DNA of 64,000 nt, from NCBI RefSeq assembly GCF_009914755.1, contig NC_060940.1. One strand, 5' to 3'. The notes beneath the pieces were generated by a model that did not search any database, was not told where the DNA came from, and was given only the letters and a program-made list of their open reading frames with translations. Positions within the stretch are counted from its first letter, which is position 1. The number at the start of each line of letters is the position of its first letter. Made by a program: the position numbers and the translations under genes. Of the stretch, positions 51,491-64,000 are shown one piece after another. The stretch is from the human T2T-CHM13v2.0 reference genome, Homo sapiens.

Positions 51491-51609
51491 CAGAGGAACC
51501 AATCGAGGCTCGGCTGACCTCAGACGTCTAAGGCGATAGGCGTTGCTAAGAAAAGGGGGTGGGACGATACCCAGTTGCCAAGACGACGGCTTCCGGGTGG
51601 GCGGCTTGA

Positions 51610-51808
51610 GGTGGCTTCCGGCCGCCAGGCGAGACTCCGCGGGAAAACTCCCTGCTAGAGAGACTAGGAGATTTGGGGCTGCGGCCGTTTCCTCCGGAGC
51701 ACCCACGGGACTGTGTGCTGGGGTCCCTCCACCGGCTGTGTCCTTTATTCTTCTTTCTCACCCAACGATTTACCTGAACGGTTATAAAGTGCACGTTATT
51801 TCCCTAAG
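51610..51808 (+). other. Putative first exon of a plus-strand transcript (5' end uncertain; no ATG, so non-coding)
   Basis: Strong donor AAG|GTAAGC at 51808/51809 at the edge of the CpG island, downstream of tandem ETS sites. Confidence 0.55.
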
Positions 51809-53489
51809 GTAAGCGTGTGGTAGCGCCTCCTCCTCCTCCAACAGGGGGGTAACAGAAACCTGCTGTCAACTTTGTTACCCAACATAACTGTACTTAACCA
51901 CAAAAAGTTGAAATTTTGGATCTTTAAACATTCAATAACCTCTTGCTGTGTGAGGTTTTTTAACTGCACTACATACATTTTGTAGTCTTTAACCATTGAA
52001 TGCGATTTAAGTTTACAATGAAATTTAACGTTCTGGTTGTTTCTGACCCCAAATTTCATCTGAACCAGTTAATGGACGAAGAACTGAAATTTTATTTTCT
52101 GTGACAGTCTCATAGGTTCTCAGACTTAAGTTCTTAATCGTCCATAAATCTGAAGGCAGGTGTTAAAGATGAGCAGGTGATTTGAGCCCAGTCCATGCCA
52201 ACACTCAAACTAATTCAGCTGAGACTCCTTTCGTTAGGAGCATTATTTTAATTTTAAAAATTTTAAACCGAATGGTAAGCATGGCTGCTTTAGTTTCAGT
52301 TGTGTCTCATTTGATGATGATAGTCCCACACAAGACGATCTCATTTGTCAATGAAAGTAAACATTAGTGACCACACAGCTTTCTGCAGATAACTCTTTAA
52401 ACGAACATCTTTTATCAGACCACAGAAATCATTGTTATTGTCACTAAAATGTAAAAACTAAAGCAAAACTTATCTGCTTATCAACAATTTCTTCCTCCAT
52501 AGCTAAGGTAGGGAAGCATTTATGAAAGCTTAGATCTATATGTGTTTGGGATCCTGCCAACCCCTTTCTTAAAATTCCATCTTCAAAACTCCCTGCTAAT
52601 GAGCACTTTTCCAACAGCTTGGATGAAACATTCTGAATAATTCGTCAGCCTGAAGGTTAGAAATTTCATTAAATAAAAAATTAAATACACAGAATACTTA
52701 AGTATGAAACATTAATGAACTGAGTAATACATTCTTAAGAAGAGGAGGCACTTAGGAAAACACAGGCCACCTGCATTGTGGAGCCATTTAATGTGATGAG
52801 ATTTGATAAATGGGTAAGAGATCAAAAAATGCCCAGGGTTTCAAAAGAGAATGTTCCATGAGCAGCTTACTGCCTACATAGACCATTTGAAAATCAAACC
52901 AACTCAGCAGAAGCCCAAGAGGCCTTCAGATGAACCCGAGTATCCTTTGGATGTCAGTGTTGTACTGAACAAAGTCAGTTGAACTGTTATTTATCTGACA
53001 AGAAAAAAAAATGCCTAAATTTTGTAAGGACTTACACCATTCATTTAAAAATATATAGTGATCTTAGAGGTTAGAAAGCACAGAAAAGAAACTTGAACAT
53101 AGAGGTACTTAAAAGGAGAAAAATAAATTTCCTCCGGTAGTAGACATGTATTTGCCATTGTTCACTGTTATCTCCTTGATGTCCTCTCTCCTCAGCTTGG
53201 CTGAATCCTACTTACGCTTTTAAGACCCAGGTCAAATTGTGAATCTTTTGTGACCTAGTCCATAGTCACCTCTCTCCCTCCTGAATGCCTATAATAGTCT
53301 TTATTTGGCATTTTTTTGTATTCTTTATAATGTTTCTTATTTATGTTTATGAATATATCTTACATATAACTTGCATCATCTAAACCCTAAACTACTCAGA
53401 ATTGTGTTCACCATGTACCTGGCAGACAGACTTGAACAAATAAGTTTTGATGTAAAACTGCCAAGATTAATACTAAATATAGTTGAGAT

Positions 53490-53882
53490 CCATATTAGTT
53501 TGCTAGAGCAAACATAACAAAATGCCACAGACTAGGTGGCTTAAACAACAGAAAGTTATTTTCTCACAATTCTGGAGGCTAGAAGTTCAAGATCAAGGTA
53601 TCAGCAGGGTTGGTTTCTTTCTGAGGTCTCTGTCCTTGACTCAGATCACTGTCTCATCTCTTTGTCTTCATGTGCTGTTTTCTCCATGTGTGTGCACACC
53701 TGTGTCCAAATTTTCTTTCCTTGTAAGCACACCAACCCTACTGGATTTAGGCCCGTGTTAAAGACCTCATTTTAGCTTAATTACCTCTTCAAACACCTTA
53801 TCTCCAAATAGGGTTACTTTCTGAAGTACTAGGGGTTACACCTTTAACATATAACTTTTGGGGAGACTCAAGGCCATAACAG
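53490..53882 (-). mobile_element. MLT1A-type LTR
   Basis: 'tattagtttgctag...ccacagactaggtggcttaaacaacagaaa...ttctggaggctagaagttcaagatcaagg'. Confidence 0.85.
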
Positions 53883-54828
53883 TAGCCAAGACTCAAAAAG
53901 CAGAAATGATTGGGAGCAATTATCTGTCACCTTTCAGAACTCCCATTTTTAGACCTATAGATAGCATAAATGTGTAAGTCAGATTAGTGTAAGATAATAG
54001 GAAGTGGTAGGGCCTGTGGCAATTCAAAGTATATTTGCCCAGACAGAAGACATTCAAATTAAAATTGTAAACAACCCTCCATCCCCACCCGAGCCATCCA
54101 AACAAAACAGTTTGGCTGGTTTTGACTTACAGGTTATCAGTTTGCAAAAACCACCACCATGTTACTTCGTTTGGAATCATAACCTGATGGTGGATATTGG
54201 ACATATTAAGTATTTTTATTGCATATCCAAATACATTTTTCCCAGACCCCATTGGTTTATGCACAGCTTTTTTTATTGAGTACTTGTTGTGTTAAAGGAA
54301 CTGTACTAAGTGCCATGCAGGGATTAAGATCCATACGTTTGGCTACATATATCCTAGAGTTACAAGGACCTATTTTTGAGATCATTTATTAAATACCTAA
54401 CTTTACAAAATTTAATTTTTTGTGTAACTTTATCGTGTAAATAAATTTGAACTCCAAAAAAAATTTCTTGTCAGACTACATGCACCACAAAGACCAAGAC
54501 TGTGGCCTCAAGTACAAGGGTAGAGGAAATGAGACAAATAAAAAAATAATTATTGAGCAAGATGAAAGAAGACCATAAGAGGATTATAGATAAAGTGCTA
54601 TGGAAGATTACAGGACAAACAGATTTCATCCAGCTGGGTGTGGTGCTGAAGGTATTTAATGCAGTTCGAATTAATCTTTTCATGGCACTTGGTACCTCTA
54701 ATATATCATTAATCGGCATATTATATGGTAGCTATTTGCTTATGTTCATATCCCTCCCAGTACGTTCTGAAATACACAAGAATGTCATAATCTTTATTTG
54801 TTCCAGTCTAATGTTATTCAAAAGCATC

Positions 54829-54998
54829 TAGTGTTACCCAAAGGAGTCAATTGGGGAACTTTTTAAAAAGAAACTTGTCTTAATTCTAGCTCTGAAGATT
54901 GTAATTAAGTAGGCCTGGAGAGGTGGTGGAGGATCTCTATTTTGAAAAGTTTTCCCTCACTTAATAAATCTGGTGATCACACCATTTAGAATCTACTG
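54829..54998. mobile_element. MER5-like hAT-Charlie MITE
   Basis: 'agtgttacccaaag...ggaactttttaaaa...tttagaatctactg'. Confidence 0.5.
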
Positions 54999-55262
54999 CC
55001 CTAGAGCACCTAGTATATAGTATGCTCTCAGTAAATTGTTGTCACATTAAATGAGCAGAGCTGCAATTTAGTAAGATTAATAAGACTCCAGTGTGTAGGA
55101 TGAATTAAAGTGGGAAATATCCTAAAGGCAGGAAAATCCTATTACAGATGTCCAGCTAAGAGATGAAGCAGCCCTGAACTAGGGTAGAGACAATAGGAGA
55201 TAAATGGATGAGAAACACTGAGAAGGTAGAATGAGCAGACTTAGGTGAAAATTGATATAATG

Positions 55263-55455
55263 CAGTAGTTCTCAAAATGTAGTATGCCTAAGTCTTACAT
55301 GGGTTGTTGATTTAAAAAGATTTCTGGGATCTATCCTTGAAAACCTTTTCAGCTAATTCAGGGTAAAGCACATGAATCTAGCATTTTTAACAACCCTTCT
55401 TCATGATTTTGATTTAGATTATTTAAATTAAAAACCTCGATTTAAGAACACACTG
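55263..55455. mobile_element. MER5-like hAT-Charlie MITE
   Basis: Terminal inverted repeats cagtagttctcaaa / tttaagaacacactg. Confidence 0.65.
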
Positions 55456-56000
55456 ATCTATTAACCATAGTGAGTAGGGAAGAGGGACTATTGAAAAAGA
55501 ATTCTAAAGATTAAATCTTGAGCGACAGGGAATATGATAAGCCATTAATTCGGCAAGTAAGAAATGTCATTTAAGAGCCTGGAAAAGAGGTATGAGTGAA
55601 GAAAAAATTGGAAAATCTTTGTTTAATAAAGATTTCTAAGAGATCAAAGAAAAAGAAAATGGTTATACAGAGAATTGAGGGAGTATTTCTCTTTTTAGAG
55701 ACCTTGAAAGAGGCAGCATATGAAACAAAGTGGAAAGAAAAACAAACTGGCAGAAACCAAAAACAAGAGTCTCAAGCAAATAATATTTATAGCAGGTGAA
55801 TAAGAAATACAGGGGTTGTGTGGATGTAGAGAGGTTTCTGGAATTGACCTGTATCTGTATTGTTGAATAGAAGAAGTTCTATAGAATGTTGGGGTTTCTA
55901 CGAGTTGAAGAATAAATTCACAGCAAAATCAAACCTAGGTGATTAAGCATAATTTATAATGTGGAAAAAAGAGTGAGAAATTATTATAACAAAGAGGTGA

Positions 56001-56357
<357 letters not shown>

Positions 56358-57389
56358 TAATTTTAAGAGCAGAATCAAAGGAAATAAAAAGTGAGAGATA
56401 AAATGGCCGTGATAAAATTAATAGTAATCATTCATTATTAGCCAAACATAGATTTTTGTAAGGTTCTTCTTGAATAGTAGGGGAAGGTAAAAGAAATGAA
56501 TTAATAAAATTGATTAAAAGTCCTCTTTTTAAGAAGTAGAAGAAAACAAAAGAATAAAGGTAATTTGAGGAATGGAGTTTTTAAATTTTAAAGAAGAAAA
56601 ATAGTTGGAGGGAAAATAATATTTTTTCTAGGTTTAGCAACAAACTAGTTTTATAAACATTGCATGTTATATGCCAGTCTTATAAGCTATTTATAAGTAG
56701 ATAGTGACTGTGGTGGTCAACTATATAAAAGATCTGGCATGCCTCTTACAAGTTGTGTATACAACCTTGGTTAAGTTAGTCCTGTCCTATAAAATGGAAA
56801 ATAATAACACCTGCCTTATAACATTAAATAAATGATATAATGTTAAGTATGTGCCAACTATATAAAGCATTCAATAAATGGTAGCTATTTTTATTAAGTG
56901 AATGACCTTATGCAATTTACTTAACTGCTCTGAATTTTTAAGTTTTTTTTTTCTGTCAAATGGGATTAGTTGTCTGATGTTTTTATAGGGTTATCAAGAA
57001 GATTAAGTTATTAGAAAATTAGGGTTATTAGAAGATCTTGTAGTATGAATAACACATAACACATAAAAACACTCAGTAAATGTTAAATACTGTTATCAAA
57101 AATCTCAAAATGACACGTATCACAATTTTCACAGTGCTTTTAAATATATTCTTCATATAGTCTTTTCAACAATATTGTGATAGTCCCTTTTACAGATGAG
57201 ATGCAGAAAGCTTGAGCAACTTAGTGCAAAACAAGCAGTCCTCTTATTTCCAGGCCAGTTCTCTTTCTCAACATGCATTTAACTCACAAGGCTTATTTTT
57301 TTAACTTTCTGTCTTGAAAATTTTTTTCAATTCTTCAGCTAAGACAGCAGAAGAGATGATTTATTGTATACTGTTACACTCAGCCACAG

Positions 57390-57825
57390 CTTATTTTTTA
57401 AATATTAGATTTACATGTAGTTGCAGTTAGTAATAGTACAGAAAGATCTCTTGTATCCTTCACTCAGTTTCCCCCAGTGGTAACTATATCTCGTATAACT
57501 ATAGTACAGTATCACTATCAAGAAATTGACATCTAGTGACCTTATGTAGAATTCACAGGTTTAACATGCATTTGTGTGTGTGTGCATTTAGTTCAATACA
57601 GTTGTATCATGTGTAGATTCATGTTACCTCCACTACATTCAAGATGTAGAACTTCAGTCACCACAAGTATTCCTCATGCCACATTTTTTTATAGCCACAA
57701 CTGATCCTCCTATACCCCAGCTGCTAAACCCTGCAAATCACTAGTCTATTCTCCAGGTTTACAGTTTTGCCATTTTGAGAATATTATATAAATGGATTAA
57801 CCATTGTAACCTTTTGGCATAGACA
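57390..57825 (-). mobile_element. L1MC 3' end
   Basis: 'atccttcactcagtttcccccagtggtaac...ataactatagtacagtatca'. Confidence 0.8.
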
Positions 57826-59056
57826 ACTTTTATTTTTTAATAAGATTTACATTTAATTTATGTCAAAAATAAAGACATCTTAAAACGTAAGCCTTCTCTC
57901 TGTTGGAACAATGGATCTCTTTCTAAGTTCTTGGCCTACATGTTGTAAGAGAAGAATTGGATGAACCACATGACAGAAATTAACAATGACAAAGACTCTC
58001 AAATTTCAAATCTAGATACACATAGTTCTTGGATTTTTAGATGACACAACTTTTTCCTTTTAAAAATGGTTCAAAAAACAAAAGATGGTTCAATGGCCAT
58101 TGCCTGCCTTTCTTCTCAAAATGCTTTCTTGTGAAAATGCACCTAGTTGTACATCTTGGGTGGATTTTTACTGTCACATCAGTGACTATGGAAAAAGAAG
58201 AGTGATATCCTGGAAAATTGTGGAATAAGAAGTTTCAGAGCTTGGTCTTCTAACAAAACAACCACTAAATGTGAAAAAGGTATTATCAACTATTTTAGAA
58301 CTCTGGAAACTGATTGAACACTTACAGCAACCTGAGGAGTGCTTGATGAAGAAAAGTATAACTGAAATGCAATAACATTTCATTGCAATACAGCTAGCAA
58401 TCCCCTTTCTTCTACCCTGCTGCAGCCATGGGGATAGTAGTCTGCATTTCTGGAGTAGCTGGCTATTGCCAGGGGTGGCAGTAAGGAACTTTTCCTACAA
58501 ATTTTAGGAGTTGTGCATTTGGTCAGTCTGGCAGTTCCCTAAGGAACCAGCAAAGACACTTTTTATTTTTCAGCCCCCCTGGCTTGTAGCAGCTTTCTCA
58601 TGGCAACTAACAGAAAATGTAAAGGAACACACTCTTTTCTCTCTCTCTTTGGATCCATACATTTAATTAAATCTCTGTCAGGTCAGTGCCTGACTACAGC
58701 AATAACAGAAGAGAAACTTCTTTATCCACATAAAATACTGCAGCCTTAAGCAAGCAAAAATGAGCAATCCATGAAGAGCAGTAGAATCTGATTTTGAGAG
58801 TTACCACGTTATAGTACTCAAGATGTCTAATTGTCTAATTCTCAACAAAAAAGTCACCATATAAAGAAACAGAAAAGTATAGCCCATTCATGGGAATTTT
58901 TTTTTTTAAAAGAAGTTTTACAGAAACCATCTCTGAGGAATACTAAACATTGGAGTTACTAGTCAAAGACATTAAACCAACTCTCTTAAAATGCTTAATC
59001 AGTTAAAGGGAAACTATGGACAAAGAACTATGGAAAATCAGAAAAACAATGTATAA

Positions 59057-59362
59057 GGCCTGGCACAGTGATGCACACCCGTAATCCTAGTGCTTTGGGA
59101 GGGTAAGATGGGAGGATCACTTGGGGCCAGAAATTTGAGACCAGTGTGGTCAATATAACAAGACCTCCAATCTGTACAAAAATTAAAAAAAAAAAATTAG
59201 CCAGGTCTGGTGGCACATATCTGTAGTCCTAGCCACTTGAGAAGCTGAGACAGGAAGATCCCTTGAGCCCAGGAGTTTGAGGCTGAACTGACACTGTACT
59301 CCAGCCTGAGTCACAAGAGTAAGACCCTGTCTCTTAAAAAAATAAATAAATAAAAATAAAAA
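59057..59362 (+). mobile_element. AluJ
   Basis: Dimer with J diagnostics. Confidence 0.88.
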
Positions 59363-60852
59363 ATGTACAACCAAATAGGGCATATCAATAAAAAGATAAA
59401 AGTTATAAAAAAGGAATCAAATAGAAATTCTGAACATAAAAGTACAGTAGATTCAATGGAAATTCACCAGAGGAGTTCAATTGCAAATATGAGTAGGCAA
59501 AAGAGAAAATTACCAAACATGAGATAAGGCTATTAAAATTATGCAATTTAAAGAGCGGAAGGGAAAAAGAATGAAAAAAAAGGAACAGAACCTTAGGGAT
59601 TTGTGGGACACCATCAAGCATACCAGCACATGCATCATGGAAGTGTCAGGAGGGATGAGAGAGAAAAAAACAGAGCAAATATTTCCCAAATTTGATGAAA
59701 GACATGAATATATTCATCCAAAAACTTAAACATTAAGCAGGATGAAGTCAAAGAGATCCACAGTAAGACATGTTATACTCAAATTCTACAAAGCAAGAGA
59801 ATCTAGAAAGCAAAAGGAGCTAACTCTTCACGTACAAGGAATCCTCAATAAGATTAACAGTGGATTTCTCATCAAAAACTATGGAGGCCAGAAGGAAGTG
59901 GGATGGCATATTTAAAATAGTAAAAGAAAATAACTGAGAATTCTATATTTGGAAAAACTGTCCTTCAAGAGTGGAGAAAAGTAGGACAGCTCTTTTAGAA
60001 TTTGTCTAACTGGTTCCTAGTCTTCACTGGAAGCACCCTCCACTCCTAAAAAAAAAATGGAGAAACAATTATTATATTTTCAGATGAAAAGACTGGGGGA
60101 ATTTATTACTAGTACACTTGCTTTACAAGAAATGGTAAAGGGAGTCTTTCAGGCTGAAATGAAAACCATATGAACAAATAACACTAGTAAAAGTAACTAC
60201 TAGTAAAGGTGACTACACTAGTAAAGGTAACTACACAAGTAAATATAAAAGCATTATTGTATTTTTGGTTTGTGATGTTTCATTTTACTATGTAATTTAA
60301 AGGATAAATGCATAAAACAATAATTTTAGATTTGTGTTAATAGTATATGATGTAAAAATATGTTACCTGTGACAATATAGAGATGGACGTGTATAGGAAT
60401 AGTGTGTGTGTGTGTGTATATATATATATAATTGAAACAAAGTTGACATTATTCAAACTAGGTCATTATAACTTTAAGATATTAATTGTAATCCCCACAG
60501 TAACCACAAAGAAAATAACATACACACACATCAAAATGGTACACTACAAAATATTAACTAAATATATATATTTTTAAGTGATGATGGAATTGAGGTTCAA
60601 AAAACATGTAAGATATATAGAGAACAAATAGCTAAATGATAGCAGTGAGTCCTTATCAGTAATTATTTTGAAAGTAGTTGAATTCAACTCTGCAAATTAA
60701 AGGCGAATATTGTCAGAATTGGAAAAACACAATCCATCTATATACTGTCTACAAGAGACTCTCTTTCAATACAAAGAAGTTAAAAGTAGAAGAACAGGAA
60801 AAGATAGTCTATGCAAGTGGTAATCAAAAGAAAGCTGAGGTGGCTATATTAG

Positions 60853-61504
<652 letters not shown>

Positions 61505-61901
61505 TAGACTTTAAGCCAAAAAGTTAACAGGAAACGAAGAACGTTATTTCTTTATAAAAGGTTGAATTTGTCAAGAGTATATTATAAACATATATAGCAA
61601 AGTTTTGAAATATATGAAGCAAATATTGATAAAATATAAGGAAGAAATAGATTGTTCTACAGTGGTAGTTGGATACTTCAATATCTCACTTTCAATAATG
61701 GATTGAAACAATGACCACACAGGAGATCAATAAGGAAATGGAGGCCTTGAACAACAACATAAACCAAGTAGACCTAAGAGACATAAAGATCACTTTTCTT
61801 CACTTCCTGTAACAGCAGAATACACATTTTTCTTCAGGTGCCCTTGGAACATTCTCCTGGATATATCCCATATGGTAGGCCCCAAAGGAAGTCCTAATAA
61901 G

Positions 61902-62660
61902 TTTTTATTTTTATTTTTATTTTTTGAGACAGAGTTTTGCTCTTGTTGCCCAGGCTGGAGTGCAATGGTGCAATCTCACCTCGGTGCAGCTGCCGTCTCC
62001 CAGGTTCAAGCAATTCATTGTTCCTGGAGAAGATAATTTGTATGATTTCTATCTTAAAAATTCATTAGGGGCTGGGCACGGTGGCTCACGCCTGTAATCC
62101 CAACACTTTGGGAGGCCGTGGCAGGTGGATCATCTGAGGTCAAGAGTTAAAGACCAGCCTGACCAACATGGTGGAACCCCATCTCTATGAAAAATATTTT
62201 AAAAAATTAGCCAGATCTTTTGGCAGGCACCTGTAATCCCAGCTACTCAGGGGGCTGAGGCACAAGAATCACTTGAAACCAGGAGGCAAAGGTTGTAGTG
62301 AGCTGAGATCTCACACTCTATCCACAACAGAGTGAGACTCTGTCTCAAATAAAATAAGAAAGAAGGCCGGGCGTGGTGGCTCACTCCTGTAATCCCAGGA
62401 CTTTGGGAGGCTGAGGCGGGTGGAGCACGAGGTCAGGAGATTGAGACCATCCTGGCCAACACAGTGAAACCCCGTCTCTACTAAAAAAAAATATATAAAA
62501 TTAGCTGGGTGCGGTGGCGGGTGCCTGTAGTCCCAGCTACTCCAGAGGCTGAGGCAGGAGAATGGCATGAACCCTGGAAGCGGAGCTTGCAGTAAGCTGA
62601 GATTGTACCACTGCAGTCCAGCCTGGGCGACAGAGTGAGACTGTGTCTCAAAAAAAAAGA
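61902..62660. mobile_element. Alu cluster: reverse fragment (61902-62016), plus-strand AluS (62070-62364), plus-strand AluY (62365-62660)
   Basis: Direct sequence match to Alu; an inverted L1 segment lies between the first two. Confidence 0.9.
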
Positions 62661-63829
62661 AAAGAAAAATGAAATCGCTGATAGAAGGCAAACTGGAAAA
62701 TTCACAACTATGCGACATTCAAAAAACAAACTGCTGTATAACAAATGGGTCAAGGAAGAAATCACAAGGGCTTCCCTCTTTGAAAAGAAATGAAAAGAAA
62801 AATATCACAAGGGAAATTAGAAAATCCTATGAGACGAAAACTAAAACACAATATGCCAGAAATTATGGATGTGGGGAAAGCAGTGCTAAGAGGAAATTTT
62901 ATAGCTATAAATGTCTCCATTTAAAAAGAAGAAAGAGCTCCAATAACCTAAGTATATACCTTAAGGAATGAGTAAAAAAGGAGCAAACTGAACTCAAAGC
63001 TAGAAGGGAGAAAATAATAAATATGAGAACAGAGAGAAATGGAGAATAGAAAGACAGAAAAATTAACAAAGCAAAACCTGGTTCTTTGAAAAGATAAAAT
63101 TGATAAACCTTTAACTAGATTGGCTAAGAAAAAACTCAAATTATTAAAATCAAATGAAAATGGGGACATTACTACTGACTTTACAGAAATGAAAAAGGAT
63201 TGTGAGAGAATACTATGAAAAGTTGTATACCAACAAATATTACGCTAACAAATTGGATAACCTAGTTGAAATGGCCATATTCCTAGAAAGATGCAAAGTA
63301 CCAAAACTGATCGCAGAAGAAATAGAAACTGAATAGTCCTATAACAAGAGATTGAATCAAAATAAAAAAAAATCCCCCAACAAAGAGAAGCCCAGGATCA
63401 CATGACTTTACTGATGAATTCTACCAAATATTTAAGAGTTAACATAAATCCTTCCAAAAAAATTGAAGAGGTGGGAAACACTTTCTAACTCATGAGGCTA
63501 GTATTACCCTGATACTGAAGCCAGGCAAAGATATTACAAAAAACTATAGGACTATATTCATTATGAATATAGATGCAGGAATCCTCAACAAAATACTAGC
63601 AAACCAAATCCAGCAGCCTGTTTAAAAGATTATGCGCTATGACCTAGTGGGATTTATCCCAAAAAAGTTAGGGTGGATCAACATAGGTAATTTAATCATT
63701 TTATATACCACATTAATAAAGAAATAAAATTGCATGATCTTAATTTATGTAGAAAAGTACTTGAAAAATCTGGAAACATCCCACGATGAAAAACATTGAG
63801 TAAACTAGGAATAGAAAGGAATGTACTCA

Positions 63830-64000
63830 GGCCAGGTGTGGTGATTCACGTCTGTAATCCCAGCACTTTGGGATGCCGAGGTGAGGAGATCACTTGAGCT
63901 CACGAGTTCAAGACCAGCTTGGGCAACATGGTAAAACACCATCTCTACCAAAAAAAAAAAGGAATTAGCCAACCCTGATGGTGCATGCCTGTAGCCGAGA
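63830..64000 (+). mobile_element. Alu (cut by the window end)
   Basis: Left arm and start of right arm. Confidence 0.88.

Larger units (their letters stand above)
50700..51830. promoter_or_regulatory. CpG-island-type, probably bidirectional promoter
   Basis: Only non-repeat CpG-rich segment in the window; CCAAT 51499-51503, ETS CTTCCGG 51590-51596 and 51615-51621, GC box 51599-51604, RFX-like GTTGC motifs at 51542 and 51574, E2F-like 51639-51646; outward-facing splice donors. Confidence 0.8.

Noticed and set aside
51014-51812. 79-139-aa ORFs across the CpG island
   Set aside because: Stop-poor GC-rich DNA, mostly non-ATG starts, and no recognisable protein
50700-51830. Assigning gene names (DLEU1/DLEU2 and several other bidirectional pairs were considered)
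   Set aside because: No miR-15a/16-1 hairpins or diagnostic coding exons were seen, so identity cannot be supported from the sequence alone

Overview
Primate, most likely human, genomic DNA (it carries an AluYa5 and an L1PA2). It is AT-rich and dominated by transposable elements, and I found no recognisable host protein-coding exon. Main landmarks: (1) a full-length, TSD-flanked L1PA2 (13769-19851, +) with a frameshifted ORF1, an indel-free ORF2 broken by three nonsense codons, and an intact antisense ORF0; (2) a CpG-rich, apparently bidirectional promoter at about 50.7-51.8 kb with outward-facing splice donors, so the flanks probably lie in first introns of two divergent transcripts (genes not identified; possibly lncRNAs or genes with long 5' UTRs); (3) about 40 Alu/FLAM/FRAM copies, MaLR and ERV LTRs, MIR, L2, old L1M and hAT relics. 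The most notable sequence-level observations are a small Alu-Alu recombination inversion at about 61.9-62.7 kb, serial Alu insertions into the same target site, a strengthened ORF0 splice donor, a (GGAA)14 microsatellite, a 40-bp tandem duplication in the promoter, and a repeat-free block rich in TALE/homeodomain motifs. I found no evidence of a novel protein-coding system. Subfamily names come from remembered consensus diagnostics and should be confirmed with RepeatMasker/Dfam.
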